A stretch of DNA of 64,000 nucleotides from Antedon mediterranea (lineage: Eukaryota; Animalia; Echinodermata), in contig NC_092674.1 of the NCBI RefSeq assembly GCF_964355755.1, forward strand, positions 13,764,001-13,828,000. Direction: 5' to 3'. The notes beneath the pieces are model-generated. The model was given only the letters and a program-made list of their open reading frames with translations, searched no databases and had not been told where the DNA came from. Positions 1 through 11,760 of the stretch are shown piece by piece; the stretch's first letter is position 1; each line of letters starts with the position of its first letter. A program made the translations under genes and the position numbers.

Positions 1-64
1 AAGGACCATTGTGGTTGGAGAAAGCTTGTAGTCGCCTGCTCCGCAGCCGACAGATGATGATGAT
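1..64 (+). mobile_element. 3' end of an RTE-like non-LTR retrotransposon
   Basis: Frame 1 reads KDHCGWRKLVVACSAADR-stop, followed by a (TGA)n tail. This resembles the D..W R..V C-terminus plus microsatellite tail of RTE-clade ORFs. Confidence 0.55.
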
Positions 65-1864
65 AGTAAACATAAAAAACACAGTACTGACTGTATAAAT
101 AAGAACTCCCAGCCAGTTTTTAAGGGAAACTCTATTAAGCTTGGTTCCCACTAGGACGCAGTACAAGGACGTAAGCCGCAACGCAAGCAAATAGGTCGAA
201 TGCATTGTGTCATATTGCTAACCAGACTTTAAGGGGACACTGGTCCCAAAGGTGTCCCTATAATACAGTTTCCACTGTAATATTTATGCAGGTACATAAC
301 AAAGATGGAGGAATTTTCCCTCTTCTATACAAATATCCTAACTATCTAGTTTTCTAATTTGATGATTATTCTCCAATTTATACATGTATATGTTTCAAAG
401 GTTTAATTGTTAAATTAATACATAAAACAGTAAAAAGAATATTTAAAATATTCAAAGTATTGAAAATATCAAAAATCTTTTTAAAAGATGTTCATGTTTT
501 CTGAATAAATCTCTTATATTTATCCTTCCGATACGATATACACTTACTACTGTTTTTTTTTTACTTCGGCCATTCGGCAATGTATTCATTCACTATGTAC
601 AATCACAGGTCAATACATAACATTTTTTCTTGTAAATTTGACTCAATTTACATTAGTGTTAAACCTGTATAAAGGTCATATAAAAGGCAAACTGTTCCAT
701 ACTGACACTATAAACATTAATAAGCAATACTGGTTGTAAAACAATATTGTAATATTACTACTTACTACTGTTTTAAGTTTGTTTTTATTATTACTTTGTT
801 ATTGTATGTGTATATTATTACTTGTTTAAGACAGAAAAGACGTTTAATATATAATTTCAATATAAATTGTAATAACAAAATGAGATAACAACGTTTATGA
901 ACCATCGTGGAACCACTTTCAAGATCAAACAATAATATACATAATATACCGTAAAACATCGAAAATAAGTCCATCTCTATATCAAGCCTATTAGGCTTCT
1001 TTTCACGATACTATGGGCTTCTTTTTCGAAATAGACTGTATTATAATGTCAAAGGAACATAAGTTATGATCGTGTTATTATACGGTATGGATATATTAAT
1101 GACCTTGCAACCATTTTTAACCATGAACTCGTATATTTCTTCTACAACTTATTGTTTTCCAAATGCTACTTTTATTTCATCTTGCATCTTCTTGTCTGCT
1201 TCCTTGGCAAATATATAAAATTGGCAGAGAATGTTTTAAAAATCATATATGAAACGTCATTAATTTAATCTTTTTGCCATTAGATTTTGTATTAGAATTA
1301 TTTAATTCAAGTTTAATGTACATTATTGATTTTTTTTAGTATCAATGTGGTAGTTATTAATAGTTCAAGGGTTTGAATTGTGTAAACATCGAGTATTTAG
1401 TGAATTTAATATAAACCAAGTCTTATTGTAGGCCTATGTAAGAGCACAAGCTCGTCCAGGGATGTCGGGTCGTTCGGTTCAAAATAATTCTAATCCTAAG
1501 GTGCCCTTTTCAAGTTAGAAACCAGCAGCGAAAGTGGTAAATAGGCCTCATGACAATTATTTGGAAAATTCATTCATCTACTACTATAAGGCCTACAGCT
1601 ATATTTTCTTTTAAAAATCTTGGCTATGGACTAGGAACAGCGAAGAGTAAGACTCGTTCATCTTTTAAAATTACAGTACAAAGCTCCCGGCCCTTAAAAA
1701 AAAACATCAACAATACCAAAATTGATATTGCTTTTTATTTAATTGTGAATTACTATAAAATAGTGTATTTATGTAATTATTAAATAATATATACTAAACA
1801 CAATCACATCTAACCCAATTCTGTGACAATAAAAAAAAAAGGTTTATCTGATTTTCCAACAGCA

Positions 1865-1913
1865 TTTTTAGTCGCGTGGAAGCGACTCTATAGTTCACTA
1901 TGTCGGTCGGTCG

Positions 1914-1944
<31 letters not shown>

Positions 1945-1949
1945 GGTCG

Positions 1950-1980
<31 letters not shown>

Positions 1981-2704
1981 GGTCCGGTATCACTATGCGT
2001 TTTATCGCTTTCTGACCTTATCTTGATATCAGTTTAATCTAGCTAGGTCAATTTTTCACAGTATATTCCTTATTGCCAGGAATCAATGTGGTTATGTTTT
2101 CACGGTGCGCAATAAAAAATTACGCGGTCTACGCACGATTTAACGAAATCACGTTTGTAATCATATCTTCACAACCATGAATCACAATTAAATAAAATTT
2201 GGTACTCATACATTTCAGGGCATAAATCATCATATGGCAATACAATTACGTGCGTAGCGCATGTAACGCATGCGTACGCGCGCTTAACATTTTCAAAATT
2301 TATTTTCGATGAAATAAGAGTACATTTCAGGCAATTTTAAGCGTTTACAAAATTGCCATGAGTGCGCATATTTTTGCGCGCGCACTGCGCGTTAAATGTT
2401 ATTGGGCACTCTTTTTGCCCGATTTCTGTTTTCTTGACTTACTTTTCAACTCGAAATTACGTTATACGAGCACGTCGAAAGTGACAGGCTACGCACGTGT
2501 AAATTTAAAAAAAAATAAATGTTTTTAAACATTTCAACATTTTTAAACATGTTCAGTAATTTCGGTCAGTATAGTTCACTATGTCGGTCGGTCGGTCTCT
2601 CTGTCTGTCGGTCTGTCGGTCTGTCTGTCGGTCTGTCGGTCTGTCTGTCGGTCCGGTATCACTATGAATTGTAGCACGCGACTTAATGGCTGTTGGCCTT
2701 GTTT
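1865..2704 (+). mobile_element. Non-autonomous Helentron/DINE-1-like element, copy 1
   Basis: Sits in T-runs. Subterminal inverted repeat AGTCGCGTG/CACGCGACT, 5' hairpin AGTCGC..GCGACT, two (GTCG/GTCT)n microsatellite blocks. Near-identical copy at 15565-16365. Confidence 0.75.
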
Positions 2705-4397
2705 ATATAATCTTGTAATATATTTAGGCCTATAACTTAGTTTACACAATTTTATTTTTATTTATTTTTGTCTGTAAATAATTGTATCTGATCATAATGT
2801 TATACTAGAAGAAAGAGATCGGCAATAATAAATAGCAATGTGTCGATTGGTCATGAAGGCACCAACTTCAATTTGTACACCAGGTATAATATAGATCACG
2901 CGTTTATTTATTATGAGTGTTGATATTAACTGTACGTGTATTTTGCCATATACTTTTCATTAAATCAATTTACCTTTACGTAACGTTATATTTTAGAATT
3001 ATGAATGCTGCTTTATTAGTAGTATGGCCTGTGTGGTATATTACGGCGTTGTATCGTCTTCTCGTCTTTAAAATCGACAGCGTAGGACACTACGATGTCT
3101 TGCAATGTCCAGCAGATGAAGTGGTGCGCGCTGCGAGTTCTGTCTTACAACCTTATGAATTTAGTGTATGTATATAATGTTTGAAACATTAAATTAGTTA
3201 AATGTAATCCGTAAGTGCCTTGGAAAAAAAAGCTTGTAATATTTTGTATAGATATTTATAGTATTAACCGTACACAAATGTTTTTATAATAGCTATATTA
3301 TTATAGGATAATATCAAATAAAACACTTTATCACATCATTTTTCCCTTTGTGTTACGTCATTGAATATAGCCTATATTCGTCTATTGATCCTTCTAATAA
3401 TATAAGTTGTCAAAATAAAGTACCGGCACAAAAACTTCTTTTATTTTACGATATATAAATTTATATTATAACTTAACTTAACATACGAATGAACAGTAAT
3501 CTTTTACTTGACCACCAGCAGATAAATATGGACACTGTAGGTAATAGGTCTTTACTGTATTCACTTCTGCCAAAGATTTTTATTTTATAATAATGGTCGC
3601 GTTTAGTCTGAACTACGCGCGATTTTATGAAATGTTATGATCATAAATTCGAAACCAGATATTTTCCAATACAGCACTGGTTTATAATATCAAAATAGTC
3701 AACTTTCTACAGAGCTTTACCATTTAAAATGCACACAATAAATGTCCTAAAACGTTGCCGGCCATTTTGAGCATTTCAAATTATCATGTCATTGTCCGTC
3801 TTGTTAGCGTCACGCTCGTATTATGCACGGCGTACAAAACATACTTAACGAGGCCATTTTTTATGAACTAAAACGAAACACAACATGCAATTTAAACTAA
3901 TAATTCGTGCGATTACAGCGCCTCAGATGCCAAAAGGTGACAATGAAAATTATAGATGTACAATTTTTTTTCCGATCCGAAAAATCATCATATATTGCAA
4001 ACTTATTTTTAGGATAGAGGATAATCATATTTCCATCACCGCATTTATAGGTTCTATAGAGCGATTTGGTTTAAACTTGGTAAAAAGAATAACACATGAC
4101 GTCTTATACGTATACTTCAAGCTTAACAGATACAAACTGGAACGCCCACTCACTGGAAATATTAATAAACAAACAATAACTACTACAAACTTGTGGATCA
4201 AGTCTAGCGAATCACCTAACCGTAAAATGTACACACGCAACAATAGTGGACTAATCGTACACAGCATAAAGTTTTATTAGCTGGTCTAACTGATAAAAGG
4301 ATGATGGCTTCCAATTGGCAGTGCAGTGCAGTCCTCTCCTACTCCAGAGTTTTATTCATTTTATATAGTCACATTGATATCAACTTCGTTTTACAAT

Positions 4398-4808
4398 ATG
4401 GATTTTGACGATGTTCTAAAACTTCTTGGCGACTTCGGTCGATATCAGAAGCGACAGTATGCCATGGTTTGCCTAATCGTCATTCCTGTTGCAATACATA
4501 GCCTATCGCATGTGTTTATCTCCGGTAGAACAGATCACTGGTGTGTCTTACCGGAGTTACAAAACTTTAATTGTACAAACAGTGATTCAGTCGAAAGGGA
4601 AGCATGTATCAAAATAAAACAAAACTTAGCAAGACCTAAAGATGATGTAAATACAATACCAAACGAAGCACAATGCTGGATGTATACGAGCGAAGACATC
4701 ACGGAAGCACTTTTTACAAACAACGTATCTCGAGAACTTGACATTACATTGTGTACAAATGGATGGGAATACGATACCTCTCAGTACAAGTCAACTATCA
4801 TCCAAGAG
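4398..4808 (+). CDS. SLC22-like coding exon 1 (N-terminus, TM1, large extracellular loop)
   Basis: ATG at 4398; MDFDDVLKLLGDFGRYQ...CTNGWEYDTSQYKSTIIQE; donor GAG|GTAAAG, phase 0. Confidence 0.9.
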
Positions 4809-6461
4809 GTAAAGTCAAATATAGGTAGTTACGTAAGCATCTAAAATTGTGTTAATATTAGTAGCGTGACATCACAAACGATGCCTCATTTTGTGTTCCT
4901 TGTCAAGTCAATACGGACATTTAGGTTTTTCACAATTTAGGGAATGGTTCTTTCTCAATAGTTACTGTATAGGAATGCTTATAAATAGATGGAGAACTAA
5001 TAAATAACTATGTGTGCAAGCCCACAACACGTTTTTTTTTTTGGCTGAAAGAACATTATTCGCTGCAATAGGCCTCAGCAGAGAGCTTATACATTTGGTC
5101 TGTTTGGCATAATATTGATTTGGGCGGTATGAAGGGAGTTACACATAAAGTCTTGGAAGTGTTGTTAGAAAGCGAAAAGAATGCATGTTATGATATCGTA
5201 CCGGTAATGTTGGTAAAAGTCTCAAAATTATCTTGGATCAACACTAGTGGGATTAGGTGATAGAAATCATCTCACCACCACTAACCACTGGAATCAGTGT
5301 ATTGAGCTTCGAACAATTATCTTAAATTTTATATAATTAATTAATTCCAAGCTGGAACTTTGACAAATTTTTATTTAATTTCCGGTCAACTAAAGGTCCA
5401 ATTCTATAACTGGCTCAGTCGCGCTATACGTGTTTATTAATTAATCGAAATCGTAATTGGTTGCTAATAAAGAATCAACTGTTTCTGAAATACGAACCCC
5501 TATAAGAATTCTAGTTACGCGTTTGGTTTTTTTTTGTAATACAGGTTTCTAGGGACACCGTGTCGAACCAGGGAGATACCTCCCGTACAATGGTTAGAGC
5601 ACATTATCTAGTATACAAACCCATCCGTTAACGACAAAATTATCACAGAATTAGCGTTTTTTTTTAGAAAAATATTCCAATGAGGGTTAAATGTCGACAC
5701 TATTGTATGAGAGAATTTTAAGAGATATTGTACGCGTTGATGTGAGCTGAATGGCATACGGTGGTAGAAACTTTTCTGATTGGTTGATCAAATGACAGTT
5801 TGTCTTCCTTTGTGGTACTGCAAAGACTGCATTATGTGGTTGGGAACAGATTACTGGGACAGAATCTCCACTCACGCTCACGGAGGTTCAACTGTATTAA
5901 CCATTTAAAAAAAGAAATGATTTGATGGTCACTTTATCATGCACGATTGAGTGAGATGCTTTCCGTGTTACACTTGGTAGTATAGGATAAATATAAATTG
6001 CAACGTTATATTGTCAGTATTATACAATAACATCTTTCATGAAATATTTATTAAAATGAATGAGTCCATGACTCTAATTTTTATGATGGTAGGCCAAATG
6101 GTATGAAATTTATAGCAATTAAAATTATGCCAAGAAAATGTCAATAATGTGTCAATATATTTGTTAAAATATCGAATAATAGTCATAAACTTGGCGCATA
6201 CCGCGTTACTTACAAAACAAGACATTTCACTTCCGTATGAATGCATTGTGAGTATAAATGCCGGGGTCATCCAGTAACTAATCAAAACTCCAAACATTTC
6301 GTTTTATATTCAAATGACACACTGAAAAACCCGAACGTATCTTTTTAAGCTATATCAACCCTTTTTTATCAGCTAATCTTTAAACAGTAGTTAGATAGTA
6401 CATCAAATTTAATTTAGGTTTACCGAAAACCAAACTAAGTGGGTCAGGTTTATCAAATCTA

Positions 6462-6673
6462 CGGTGGCCTGTAAGTGTCACGGCAACTTTTTTTAAATAT
6501 CACGGCAATTTACAAAAAAGCCACGGCAATTTACAAAAAAACACGGCATTTGAACAAAAATACCACAGCAACTTAAAAATGAAACACCATGGCTTTTTAA
6601 AAAAATTACCGAGGTTTATTTTGTAAATTGCCGTATATTTTTTTAAAGTTGCCGTGACGCTTACAGGCCACCG
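6462..6673. mobile_element. MITE with ~55-bp TIRs and TA target duplication
   Basis: TA|CGGTGGCCTGTAAG.GTCACGGCAAC ... GTTGCCGTGAC.CTTACAGGCCACCG|TA, with internal CACGGCAATTTACAAAAAA subrepeats. Confidence 0.8.
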
Positions 6674-7341
6674 TACAAACCGCGATCGAAAGTATGAGTG
6701 TTCGCTCTGACGTCCTAATGATTGTGGTGATTGTATTTTTTCCTCTTTGTTTGTTATTACGTTGGTAGGTGACATTGTTAGAGCTCATGAAGACCCTGAA
6801 TAAAATCTCAAAGTAGCCTACTGCACATTATAATATATAATTTCTTGGCAAATGATGCATGTGATACGATTATAACGAGTTACACAAATCAAAGTTAACT
6901 TAACGAATACCATGCACAATTGTAGAATCACTAGTCCATAAGAAATTCGGCGAATCTCGATTCACATGAGAAGCTGTTTATCCTGAATCTGGACGTTGAC
7001 TAGATGTTATTGTGCACTTTAACGAAGAATTACTTTTTGTTGTGGATAGGAAAGACGACAATCGGCACAAAATAAGTAGAATACTAATGCCTTTTCAGAA
7101 TGTTTGAATAAATAAAACATGAATGTTGAAAGATAGTTACAAGAAAGAGATAATAAACAATGATAATTTATTTTTAATTTTATTTGTATATGCTGTACAG
7201 CTCACTGCATGTTTATTAAATCATTTTGTAATGAAAATGTATAAACAAGAACGTTATTATATTATTACCAAATAGTATTTAAGTGTTTATCAATTGTAAA
7301 CCATTATCTTGATTTTACCAGTTTCTGTTTTATAATTTCAG

Positions 7342-7444
7342 TTTGATCTTGTCTGTGAAAAGGCCGCAAAGCCATCGCTTTCACAGTCAATTTTTGTTGT
7401 TGGAACACTAGTTGGTTCACTTGTTTTGGAGCTTTAGCGGACAA
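7342..7444 (+). CDS. SLC22-like exon 2 (1-bp deletion frameshift)
   Basis: AG|FDLVCEKAAKPSLSQSIFVVGTLVGSLV, then GALAD in a shifted frame; donor AA|GTAAG. It is 103 bp, whereas 104 bp is needed to join exon 3 in frame. Confidence 0.85.
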
Positions 7445-8610
7445 GTAAGAGTATTTTAGCATTTCCTAACTGAACAGACGACCGGCGACGTATTGGTTTG
7501 TCTGTTGTTTTAAAATGTAGGGGTATATGTAGTTAGTAGATTTTGAATGGTCTTACTTATATATTATCATTGCGAAATTCATATGTCAAATTTTTTTGCA
7601 ACTAAACGCTTATTTAATAGAACATTCCAATTATTTATTGTTTTGTGTTGTTATATCAAATGATAAATCCTTGTTGGTGCTATGAGCTAAATAACGAATG
7701 TTGTAACCGTACACATAATTCCATTGAATTGCTCTATAATCAAAATCACAGTTCGCATAATGTCACTCTTCCGTGACTTAAAAACCTCAAATATCTTTGA
7801 CATAAACAAATTACAGACATCCCTTTTCATGTATGGACTTAACAATAAAAGAATTTTTTCTAAAGAATAATAAGCTGCACAGCTAGCTAAAATATCCGAA
7901 ATGTAAATACGTCCAATATAACTCAGCCGAAACTTTCTAAAATCAATCATTCAACAGGACCCGTACTATGGGACTCCCTTAACAAGTTTAGTTACTTGAC
8001 CATATTTTCATCACATTTAAATACAAATTCAAAAATACCTAATATCACAATAAAACCCATATTTCAACTCAGCTTTTACTCTTTGTCTCTAGTGCATGTA
8101 CCGTCTGTAACCCCTCTTTGTTCCTGTATATTGATCCACATTTTACTAATAATGTTTTTCCTGATGGAACTAATATAAAAGCTCTTTGAGCTTATTTGGT
8201 CTGTTAGACACAATGACAAAACTATTTACAGTATTATGTTTATCATACTTATAAATATTGCTTTGTTCGAATAAAAGGAACTTTTTAAACATTAAACCGG
8301 TTTAAAATTAAAATTGGTAACAATCTGAAACATATATGATACAATGGGACTAGTGCAGACCATTGGTGCTAATAATGGAGCAATACAAAAAAAGTAAAGT
8401 AAAACTCTTGACTAATTGATTTGTTAAAATTATTTTACATAATATGCTATTTTAGCTATAACGCTAATTTAGAAAATGACTCTTTGGTTCATTCAATGTA
8501 TTCACCGCACTAGTCCCGAACTGTATCTTGTTTGATAAATGACACTGTATTTGGGATTATAATTTATTACATGATGCAAATACGCATTTTTGTTATAATT
8601 TTCTTCATAG

Positions 8611-8765
8611 GTTTGGGAGGAAGCTTGTTTTGTTTTTAGCTGTAGGCTTGCAGTGTGGCTCTGGAATATTAACTTCCTTTGTGAAATCGTTTGCTGCTTA
8701 CACGGCGTTGCAATTCATCACGGTGGCAGCAAACATTGCTGTTTTCATCACTGCTTTTGTTATAG
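8611..8765 (+). CDS. SLC22-like exon 3
   Basis: AG|(K)FGRKLVLFLAVGLQCGSG...TAFVI(G)|GTAGG; 155 bp; contains the MFS D-K-F-G-R-K motif. Confidence 0.88.
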
Positions 8766-9182
8766 GTAGGGTATTTATATATAGATATGCATAATATTCA
8801 CTCAGTGCAGACCACTTAATTATATTATATATAGTAATTATTTAGATAATTATGGTAGATCGAGTTTATTGTATTTCCAACAAAGATCGACACAAAAACA
8901 GCTTGAAATAGTAGCTTGATGCTAAACATTGCTCTGCCTTACCTTTCTTTAGTCGATGTCTTTCGCGAAAGACAACAACAATAGTTTTACATTACATTCA
9001 TGTGAATAATGGACGAACAAATCACCTTGTTTGGTCTAATCATTAATCAAGTGCTTCACTCGTTCAGTGCCCACCTTAACCAGATGAGACGCATAAACCA
9101 ATACGTCTGAACAGGGGCTGCCATAAGTGTCAGCAGTTATGATTTCAAATGCCTAATGGAACCAAGCTTCATATATACATTA

Positions 9183-9294
9183 TATACAGCACCCGATATT
9201 CCCAGATTATTGTCAAAGCTCTAACCGGACCAAACGTTGCTTGACTTCGGCGACCTGGCGAGAACCAATGTTTCAACGTGGTAAAGCCGTATGC
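9183..9294 (-). pseudogene. Degenerate 5S rRNA copy (pseudogene or 5S-SINE head)
   Basis: Reverse complement reads GCATACGGC..TACCACGTTGAAA...GGTTCTCG...CCGAAGTCAAGCAACGT...CTGGGAATATCGGGTGCTGTA. Colinear with metazoan 5S rRNA, but the box C region is degraded. Confidence 0.8.
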
Positions 9295-9692
9295 CTACAT
9301 TCATTATGCTTTAACGCTGACGAAAAATATAATTATAAACAATAGTTACTTTATTCCCGGAGCAACCCTTTAAAAGTTTAATGTAAGTATACTAAATGCC
9401 AATTTACACAAACGATCGTTAACGGTAAGCGGTAAGCGGAAAACAAAAATAGCCTATATAGAATCATGCTATTTCGTATGACATTTTACAAAACAAGGAG
9501 CGATTGAGTGGAAACCCGCTCATGATAGATACAAATTCTACCTGGGACGACAAGCACAAGGTTTTACACCTACCACTAACTGCTCGAATCGTCTGTATAA
9601 ATTGCCCTTAAACTGTACTAAAATACACTATAATAATGGTAATCATTGTTTATCGATTACGATTATTATTATTGTTACGATTTACTATCGAT

Positions 9693-9743
9693 TTACAGCT
9701 TGTGGCTAGTGTTCCTGGGCTATTATATTTTCTTTATTATACC
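9693..9743 (+). CDS. SLC22-like exon 4, 3' remnant only
   Basis: LQLVASVPGLLY.. then donor CC|GTAAG. The expected 5' part (E.VG...R...W...RDWR) is not visible, and the phase is off by one. Confidence 0.6.
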
Positions 9744-10299
9744 GTAAGAGAAAGTTACCAAAACACTGCATAAATACCGTAACACTTTTTGCATATTTTT
9801 TTTTATTGTTTTATTCTCAAATATTCAAGTCCATAACAGGAGTTTTGCCTTTCCTTTGTAATCTATATATAAATTTACGATAATTTTCTACCATCTAGTC
9901 TATATATAAATTTACGTAAGGGCAAAATTCGGTAAATCGCGCGTTATTTCTAGAATGTTTACTCGATGGTATATAAAGTTGGTTCGTACTTTCGGTACTG
10001 ATTTTAACCACCTGATGTAACCCTGTTTACTGTTTAAATGCCACACAGATTCCAGTAATAATAATAATAATAAAATTCTGGTTTTTATTATTTTGAATTA
10101 TTTCACAATTTTTAAGACATATAATACAAGGGTTAGCCATGATTTTGTAATAAATTTCTAGGAATCACTCTGATGTTGGTATGGAAATGAGAAAACCGTA
10201 GCTCCGAAATTTCCTAACTTTTCACTCTTTCAGTTATCTCCTTACTACTGATTTATTCGTATTCTATTGAAATTATATCACTTAAACGTATTATTTGTA

Positions 10300-11086
10300 A
10301 TGTCGACACCATCAAATCGCCCAAATCTTCGTAAAAATAAAAACAATCCTGGGCCGTCCACCGAGGCTGAAATACCTCGGCAACAACTGGATCTTAGCAC
10401 AGGGCTTGACCTTCTGAGACAGGATATCGTTACGCTAACTGACAAACTGAGTGGACGGCTGGATACCTTGCTTTGTAAGCAGGATAAGTTGATTGAACGA
10501 GTGGTAGCGATGGAAGTTCGCCAAATAGATATGGAGAAATCGGTTACATATACATCAAAACTGATCAGTGAACTGGAAGAGAAAAACATGGATCTTACCA
10601 CCAAAGTATTACATTTGACTACTGAAATATCTACTAACATGAAACCGACTATCGAGAGACTTGAAACGGAGATTATTAACTTAGAACGCTATTCCCAAAG
10701 TTTTAACCTGCGTTTTGGAGGTTTTCCTGAAAGTAAAGGTGAAAATGTGCATGACATCTTAAAAGAATACATAACAAATAGGCTGGACATACCTGTATAA
10801 TATCGAATTAGCACATCGCACAGGGAAACACCCTAAGTCTGTGAATGATAAGCCCAGATACATCATCGCCAAGTTTGTTTACCGACCTGAGCGCCATCTT
10901 GTTCTAAAAAAGGCAAAATCAACAACAAAGGAAGGTGGGAATGTGTTTGTTCTGGAAGATTTACCAGCTGTTGATATAGCTAAGAAGAGAGCTCTCCGTG
11001 ACGTAATGCATAAGGCGTGGAAGGAAGGAAATAAACTGGTCTTTCGCAAAGGTAGTCTGTTCATGAACGGAAAATTATACAAGTAG
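10300..11086 (+). mobile_element. LINE ORF1p-like protein (coiled coil + RRM, L1/Tnp22-type fold), frameshifted near 10797
   Basis: LERYSQSFNLRFGGFPE...NIELAHR.GK...PRYIIAKF...VFVLEDLP...LFMNGK motifs typical of L1/CR1/L2-group ORF1. Confidence 0.8.
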
Positions 11087-11230
11087 TTGGATGCAAGGCT
11101 TTACCGGTACTGTACATTAGCTGTTATTGATGGAGCGACGGCTGTCACACATAGTTACCAATTAGGCAATTATACGTGTACGTCTTACTTAGTATAAGTC
11201 GATTTGCTTTGATACTTATAGTTATACGGT

Positions 11231-11535
11231 ATTTATTGTATTTGTATTTTGTATTAATATTTGTCCTCAGTGAGGAAATTCGGATTAGGCCCTCCACGGA
11301 CCCACGGCAGCCAGCAGTGCAGCGCCTACCAGATTAGGCAATGAGAGTAAAGCATCTTGCCTAAGGATGCAATTAGTATGGTACAGAAGATAACCTCGAA
11401 CCCATGCCTATCACATGCTAGTCCGATATTACCATTACACCATCACTCTCCAGTATATACAGCACCCGCCACGATTTATAGACGGTCTCCCATCCAGAAC
11501 GCAACCGGGCCCAACGTTGCTTAACTTCGGTGATC
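11231..11535 (-). mobile_element. Chimeric 5S rRNA + tRNA-derived SINE
   Basis: On the - strand: 5S 3' half (GATCACCGAAGTTAAGCAACGT...GGATGGGAGACCG...GGGTGCTGTA), then a tRNA-like A/B box (TGGTGTAATGG..GGTTCGAG), a CORE-like TCCTTAGGCAAGATGCTT, a 3' stem-loop and an A-rich tail. Confidence 0.7.
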
Positions 11536-11543
11536 TTACTCCA

Positions 11544-11760
11544 ATGCAAAATAATGTCAATGGTGATTGCAATCATTGCTCAAGTTATTATGATATAGAT
11601 TTGTTTAATACTATATATAGTTCAGAAACGTCATCTTACTTTTCAATATTAAACCTAAATTGTAGAAGTTTAAATAATAAGTTTGATAAATTTTGTAACT
11701 TTATTCAGTCCTTAAATCATAGTTTTACTCTACTTGCCCTAACTGAAACTTACTTAATTT
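11544..11760 (+). mobile_element. N-terminal fragment of LINE ORF2 APE endonuclease (Crack/L2 group)
   Basis: SYYDID..FSILNLNCRSLNNKFD...ALTETYL, homologous to the ORF2 start at 45822; truncated at its 3' end. Confidence 0.75.

Noticed and set aside
1823-2026. Short ORFs with SVCL/DRQT repeats (also 15438-15665 and 16177-16427)
   Set aside because: Translations of the (GTCT/GTCG)n microsatellites in the Helentron-like element.
3885-4280. 131-aa ORF upstream of SLC22
   Set aside because: No recognisable motif, AT-rich composition; probably promoter or 5' UTR sequence.
9183-9294. Functional 5S rRNA gene
   Set aside because: The internal control region is disrupted, there is no T-run terminator, and it is not in an array.
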